A stretch of DNA of 64,000 bases. It comes from Ignavibacteria bacterium. GTDB lineage: Bacteria > Bacteroidota > Ignavibacteria > Ch128b. A program made the position numbers and the translations under genes. Numbering within the stretch: the stretch's first letter is position 1; each line of letters starts with the position of its first letter. The stretch is taken from positions 14,583 through 78,582 of the forward strand of contig JAOAHM010000019.1 of NCBI GenBank assembly GCA_026415235.1, in the 5' to 3' direction. This document shows, in pieces, positions 59,291 through 64,000 of this stretch. The notes below the pieces were generated by a model. That model was not told the DNA's origin. It saw nothing but the letters and a program-made list of their open reading frames with translations, and did no database searches.

Positions 59291-61250
59291 TTACTTTCTT
59301 TGTTAATAATTCAACTGCTCTATCAATTGCATTGTGAGTACCAAATAATACAAGCAAATCATTCGGATAAACTTTAAAGTCACCAGATGGATTTGGAATG
59401 AATTGATTATCACGAATTACAGAAATAACCGTTGCGTTTGTTTTTGCTCTTAAATCTATTTCCTTTAATGTTTTATTCGCTGCATCATGTTCTGGTAAAA
59501 TCATGATTGTATCAATCGTACCTTGAGCGAGTATTTGATTAATTTGGTCGAAAGCATGCTCGGTAAAACGAACATCTCTAAAAATTCCGTATGATTCGGT
59601 ACGCAATGTATTTGCTTGAGCGAGAATCACACTATTTGGAATATGGAATTTTTTCAGTACTCGACTTAGAATTTGAATTGATGTTTCAAATTCTTCTGGA
59701 ATAACTTCATCAGCACCAAGTTTAACTAAATCTTCTACATCTCTCACATATCTTGTTCGAACAATTAAATATACACCACGATTTAATTCACGAACCAATC
59801 GAACAATAATTCTCGTAGCCATTGAATCAGAAATTGCAACAACAACAATTTTAGCTTTATGAATGTTCACAAGTTCAAGTATTTCTTTTTTTGTTGCATC
59901 ACCGTTTATAATTTGTTCGCCTTCTTTTTTTGCATGTATTACATTTTTCGGATTTGCTTCAATCACTACATAAGGTATCTGAGCTTCTCTCAATACTTTA
60001 CTGACATTTCTACCATTCAATCCATAACCAATAATTATAACATGGTTCCTTAAATTCTTTAAAAAGTCTTCGGATGATAATTTTTCTAAATGTGGAATCT
60101 TAGATGAAATGTAAGGAGAAATTTTCAGAAGAATTGGTGAGATGAACATTGTTAAAATAGAAATAGAAATAAATTGATTAAGAAAACTTTCGGGCAACAA
60201 TGAGTATTCAGCTCCTTTCAAAATTAATACAAAAGCAAATTCACCAATTTGTGCAATGTACAATCCAACCAAAGCAGCAATTCGTAACGGATATTTTTGA
60301 ATCAGAATTATTAGTATCACAACTATTGCCTTGAAAACAATTACAGATATAACAAGAATTAATGAAATAAATGGATTCAAAAGTAAATATTCCAAATTCA
60401 ATAACATTCCAAATGAAATAAAGAAAAAGGAAGTAAAAACTTCTTTGAAAGGAATTATATCTCCAATGACTTGATGAGTGTAATCGGTTTCGGAGATTAC
60501 AAGTCCAGCAATAAATGCACCAATTGCAAAAGATAATCCAATCATCTGAGTTAAGAAAGCAATTCCAAAGCTTAATACAAAAACACCAATAATAAACACA
60601 TCTCTCATTTGAATTTGAATAAGTTGATACAACACATAAGGCATCAAAAACTTCGCAACAAAAAAGATAAGAACAATTAATGCAAATGAACCAACTAAAC
60701 GCAATGTGATTTCAATAAAAGTAGTTTCAGTTGAAACGCCAAGTATTGGAATTAACAACATCATTGGCAGAACCATTAAATCCTGAAAGACAAGTATACC
60801 AGTTGCAATTTTTCCATGGGGAGTATCAATCTCATCTCTATCAGAAATCATTTTCAATATTATTGAAGAACTCGATTGAGTTATCAAAAATCCAATAAAG
60901 ATTGATTGTTGAATATTAAATCCAATTGTTACTCCAAATAAAAATCCGAGTAGTGTTGTTCCCAAAATTTGAAAGCCACCAATTAAGATTATCTCTTTGA
61001 AATTTCTGATAAAATTATTGAAAGAAATTTCAATTCCAATCGTGAAAAGAAGCAGAGCAATACCGATTTCAGCAAGTTGATTAATTCCTTCGAAGTCAGT
61101 TATAATCTTTAAAAAGTTTGGACCAATTATGACGCCAGTTACTATAAATCCAATAATAGATGGTAAATTCAGTTTGTTAAATAAATAGATAATTGGAATT
61201 GCGAAAGCCAGAACGATTAATATATCTTTGAATAAGTGAGCTTCGTTCAT
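59271..61250 (-). CDS. Kef-type monovalent cation:proton antiporter (CPA2) with TrkA-N and TrkA-C domains
   Basis: LLFTIGIE, FQD, QIGEFAF motifs; HVIIIGYG..G RCK-N; C-terminal RCK-C. Confidence 0.92.
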   Translation of the reverse strand: MNEAHLFKDILIVLAFAIPIIYLFNKLNLPSIIGFIVTGVIIGPNFLKIITDFEGINQLAEIGIALLLFTIGIEISFNNFIRNFKEIILIGGFQILGTTLLGFLFGVTIGFNIQQSIFIGFLITQSSSSIILKMISDRDEIDTPHGKIATGILVFQDLMVLPMMLLIPILGVSTETTFIEITLRLVGSFALIVLIFFVAKFLMPYVLYQLIQIQMRDVFIIGVFVLSFGIAFLTQMIGLSFAIGAFIAGLVISETDYTHQVIGDIIPFKEVFTSFFFISFGMLLNLEYLLLNPFISLILVISVIVFKAIVVILIILIQKYPLRIAALVGLYIAQIGEFAFVLILKGAEYSLLPESFLNQFISISILTMFISPILLKISPYISSKIPHLEKLSSEDFLKNLRNHVIIIGYGLNGRNVSKVLREAQIPYVVIEANPKNVIHAKKEGEQIINGDATKKEILELVNIHKAKIVVVAISDSMATRIIVRLVRELNRGVYLIVRTRYVRDVEDLVKLGADEVIPEEFETSIQILSRVLKKFHIPNSVILAQANTLRTESYGIFRDVRFTEHAFDQINQILAQGTIDTIMILPEHDAANKTLKEIDLRAKTNATVISVIRDNQFIPNPSGDFKVYPNDLLVLFGTHNAIDRAVELLTKKVNENERV

Positions 61251-61297
61251 ATCTTTGAGTTGATATTATGAATAATAATAAACTTATGAGGAACAAA

Positions 61298-63334
61298 ATG
61301 AAAAAATTTTTTCATCTAATTGTTGTTGTTTTTCTTATTCAAAATATAACAATCTTTGCTCAAAATAAACGAGCATTCACATCAGAAGATTTATGGCAGC
61401 TAAAAAGACTTTCAAATTTAGTTGTTTCACCTGATGGTAATTATGGTGTTTTTGTTGTGACTGAATTTAATATCAAAGAGAACAAAAGTAACTCTGATTT
61501 GTGGTTGATTGATCTTAAGACTTATCAACAAAAAAGGTTGACAACTAACTTAGGTTCTGATAATTCTCCAGTATGGCATCCAAACAGTAAAAAAATTGCT
61601 TTCATTTCAAAACGAGAAGGTGATTACTCTCAATTATATGAGATTGATATTGATGGGGGTGAAGCAAGGTTGTTGTATGAAATGCCTATGGGAATTTCAA
61701 ATCCCCAATTCTCGAGTGATGGAAAGAAAATCTTTTTTGTTTCGAGAATTTTACCTGAATTTGAAAATGACTTTGAAGGATTAAAAAAAGAATTGAAAAA
61801 TCGAAAAGACAAAAAAGTAACAGCAAAAGTTACAGAAGACCGTTTGTATCGTTATTGGGATAGTTGGTTGACTGATGGATATGTATCTCGACTTTATGTT
61901 TATGATTTAGAAAAGAAAGAGCTCAAAGATTTAACAAAAGGTTGGAAAAAAATTTTTAATCTTGATGGTGGAATTAATTATTCCGTTTCACCAGATGGAA
62001 ATTTAGTTGCTCTCACAGCAAACAATACAGAACCACCTTATGACTCACTTAATCAAGATGTTTTTCTAATAAATGTTAATAATCCAAACGAAGTAATCAA
62101 CATCACTGCTAATAATTACCAAGATGATTCATCCCCTTACTTTTCTAAAGATGGAAAATATCTTTTCTTTGGAAGTCAATTTGATCCAGATTACTCAGCC
62201 GATAATGTTCGTCTGGTGATGTACGATTTGAGTAATAAATCCATCACAAATCTTACTGAGAGTTATGATTTATCATTTTCAAATTTCACTCAAGGAGATG
62301 ATTACACTAAAGTATATATGCTTGCTGAAGAGAGAGCTAAAATATGTTTGTTCGAATTTGATTTGAAAACTAAGAAGCTTAAAAAGATTTTCACTGGTGG
62401 CTCGCTTTCATCTATTAATATCAAAAAAGATAAAATTTATTTTTTGAAAAATTCTTTGTCTGAACCATCAGAAATTTTTGAATTAAACATGAAGACAAAC
62501 TCAGTGAAGAAAATTTCTGATTTCAATGGTGAAATATTAAGTCAAATAAAATTTGGAAAAGTTGAGGAACATTATTTCGCTGGTGCAGATGGTGACTCAG
62601 TTCAAATGTATATTCTACTTCCACCTGATTTTGATAAAACAAAGAAATATCCGCTTGTTCATTTAATTCATGGTGGACCACATCAAACATTTGGAGACGA
62701 TTTTCATTATCGTTGGAATGCCCAATTGTTTGCTGCACCAGGTTATGTTGTAGCAATGGTGAATTTTCATGGTTCAACCAGTTTTGGTAAGAAATTTGGA
62801 AAATCCATTGTCGGTGCTCACGGCGATAAACCTTTCACAGATATTATGCTTGCAACAGATTATTTAGTTAAAAATTTTGATTTTATTGATTCATCAAAAA
62901 TGGCTGCAGCTGGTGGTAGTTATGGTGGTTATCTTGTGAATTGGATTGCAGGTAATACTAATCGTTTTAAGGCATTAATCAGTCATGCTGGTGTTTATAA
63001 TTTGATGGGACAATTTGCGAGCGATTTGACCTATGAGAGAGTCAAAAACTATGATGGTGCGCCTTGGCAAGGTAGATATGAAAATATAAACAGATGGAGT
63101 CCCGCTTTTTATGCTCATAATTTTCAAACTCCTATGCTTATTATTCATGGTGAAAAAGATTATCGTGTTGTTGTAACGCAAGGTTTAGAATTGTATGGTG
63201 TTCTCAAAGGTAAAGGAGTTCCAGCGAGACTTGTCTATTATCCTGATGAAAATCATTGGATACAACAACCACAAAATTCAATTTATTGGTACAAAGAAGT
63301 TCACGATTGGTTGAAGAGGTATTTGAGCAATTAA
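61298..63334 (+). CDS. S9 family peptidase (dipeptidyl-peptidase 5/acylaminoacyl-peptidase-like)
   Basis: Signal peptide; PD40 propeller; IHGGP, GGSYGG, HGEKDYRV and DENH catalytic motifs. Confidence 0.93.
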   Translation: MKKFFHLIVVVFLIQNITIFAQNKRAFTSEDLWQLKRLSNLVVSPDGNYGVFVVTEFNIKENKSNSDLWLIDLKTYQQKRLTTNLGSDNSPVWHPNSKKIAFISKREGDYSQLYEIDIDGGEARLLYEMPMGISNPQFSSDGKKIFFVSRILPEFENDFEGLKKELKNRKDKKVTAKVTEDRLYRYWDSWLTDGYVSRLYVYDLEKKELKDLTKGWKKIFNLDGGINYSVSPDGNLVALTANNTEPPYDSLNQDVFLINVNNPNEVINITANNYQDDSSPYFSKDGKYLFFGSQFDPDYSADNVRLVMYDLSNKSITNLTESYDLSFSNFTQGDDYTKVYMLAEERAKICLFEFDLKTKKLKKIFTGGSLSSINIKKDKIYFLKNSLSEPSEIFELNMKTNSVKKISDFNGEILSQIKFGKVEEHYFAGADGDSVQMYILLPPDFDKTKKYPLVHLIHGGPHQTFGDDFHYRWNAQLFAAPGYVVAMVNFHGSTSFGKKFGKSIVGAHGDKPFTDIMLATDYLVKNFDFIDSSKMAAAGGSYGGYLVNWIAGNTNRFKALISHAGVYNLMGQFASDLTYERVKNYDGAPWQGRYENINRWSPAFYAHNFQTPMLIIHGEKDYRVVVTQGLELYGVLKGKGVPARLVYYPDENHWIQQPQNSIYWYKEVHDWLKRYLSN

Positions 63335-63810
63335 CATAATGCAAAAATTTTGATTATTTATGTTGAATTTCAAAGTTAAGCTTTTGATGATATTTATTAG
63401 GTACAGTCCATTTTCAGTTTATTGTTCAGAATAAACTGCTATTAAGAGATGAATTTTTTTGTTTTTAGAATAAATATTTACTGACAAAATGTTTTAACAA
63501 AAAGATTACTTTTACTTCACAAATAGTTTCAAAATTTGCATCGATTGAAATTTTTTAGAACTAAAGAACTGATGAAATGAAATTTAACTTAATGAGTAAA
63601 AGGCGTAAATAAGTTAGATATAATTGAATGAAATTAAAGTAATGTTTGTTAATATTGTGTTGTGAGTGACCGAAATAAAATACGGCATTTGACTTATTGC
63701 ATAACACTATATGTTGTTTAGTTTGCAGGTGAATAAATTAGATGAATGTAATGTATACTAAACAAAAAATAATTAACAAAAACTCAAACAAAAACAAACT
63801 GGAGGGTCCT

Positions 63811-64000
63811 ATGAGACGCCTTATTTTACTGTTCTCTTTTATATTCGTTGCTTGTGGATTATTGCAAGCACAGACTTCAGAATTGGAGCAAACATTAGCT
63901 AAAATTACAGGTGATGCAAGTAAGGCTTATGTTGCACCAATCTCATCTGCCTTTGGGGCTAATTTGAACTCTGGTTGGATTCATGGTGCACCGAAAGCGA
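63811..64000 (+). CDS. Secreted/outer-membrane protein, partial (possibly DUF6588-like); runs off the window
   Basis: SD ggaggg; MRRLILLFSFIFVACGLLQAQ signal peptide then Y..P....FGANLNSGW; no stop before the window end. Confidence 0.65.
   Translation, partial: MRRLILLFSFIFVACGLLQAQTSELEQTLAKITGDASKAYVAPISSAFGANLNSGWIHGAPKA

Noticed and set aside
62198-62205. Additional sigma28 -10 boxes (GCCGATAA here, ACCGATAA at 44659)
   Set aside because: Both are intragenic and lack a correctly spaced TAAA -35.
63682-63702. Sigma54 promoter (CGGCAT...TTGCA)
   Set aside because: Spacing between the GG and GC elements is 3 nt too long.
1-64000. CRISPR array, rRNA, IS element or prophage
   Set aside because: No regularly spaced direct repeats, rRNA-like segments, transposase, integrase or phage structural genes were recognised.

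Overview
AT-rich bacterial chromosomal window, most consistent with Ignavibacteriota or a close FCB relative. The basis is T9SS C-terminal domains, PorV-like and GWxTD genes, a split atp operon, and TAnnTTTG -7 promoter boxes alongside clear Shine-Dalgarno sites. In order it contains: a T9SS cargo/TonB receptor/large CTD protein/PorV-like cassette; GWxTD-lpxL-waaF; M23 peptidase-bactofilin-atpZ/I-atpBEFHAG; ffh-rpsP-khpA-rimM-trmD-rplS; a minus-strand add-hyp-hutU-AAA ATPase-serA run; tRNA-Pro(CGG); a dense 8 kb signalling island; pepP; a DtxR regulator with feoA and split feoB; ndh; a LolA-like/ABC/outer-membrane barrel module; a matrixin metalloprotease with a small partner; ampG-murK; a CBM9/DUF5916 protein; a Kef antiporter; and an S9 peptidase. 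No integrase, transposase, CRISPR array or rRNA was seen. The best candidate for an undescribed system is the signalling island (28.8-37.0 kb). There, a near-consensus sigma28 promoter lies upstream of an FlgM-like gene and a sigma54 activator, while a sigma54-type promoter with enhancer/IHF-like sites lies upstream of the sigma28 gene, an HDOD protein and two kinase-dead HisKA proteins. This suggests a self-contained sigma54/sigma28 feedback switch with no flagellar genes nearby. Other leads are a 15-bp inverted-repeat element upstream of ampG, a TIMP-like/matrixin pair, and the TBDR-CTD-PorV cassette. All family assignments come from reading motifs by eye; no database searches were run.
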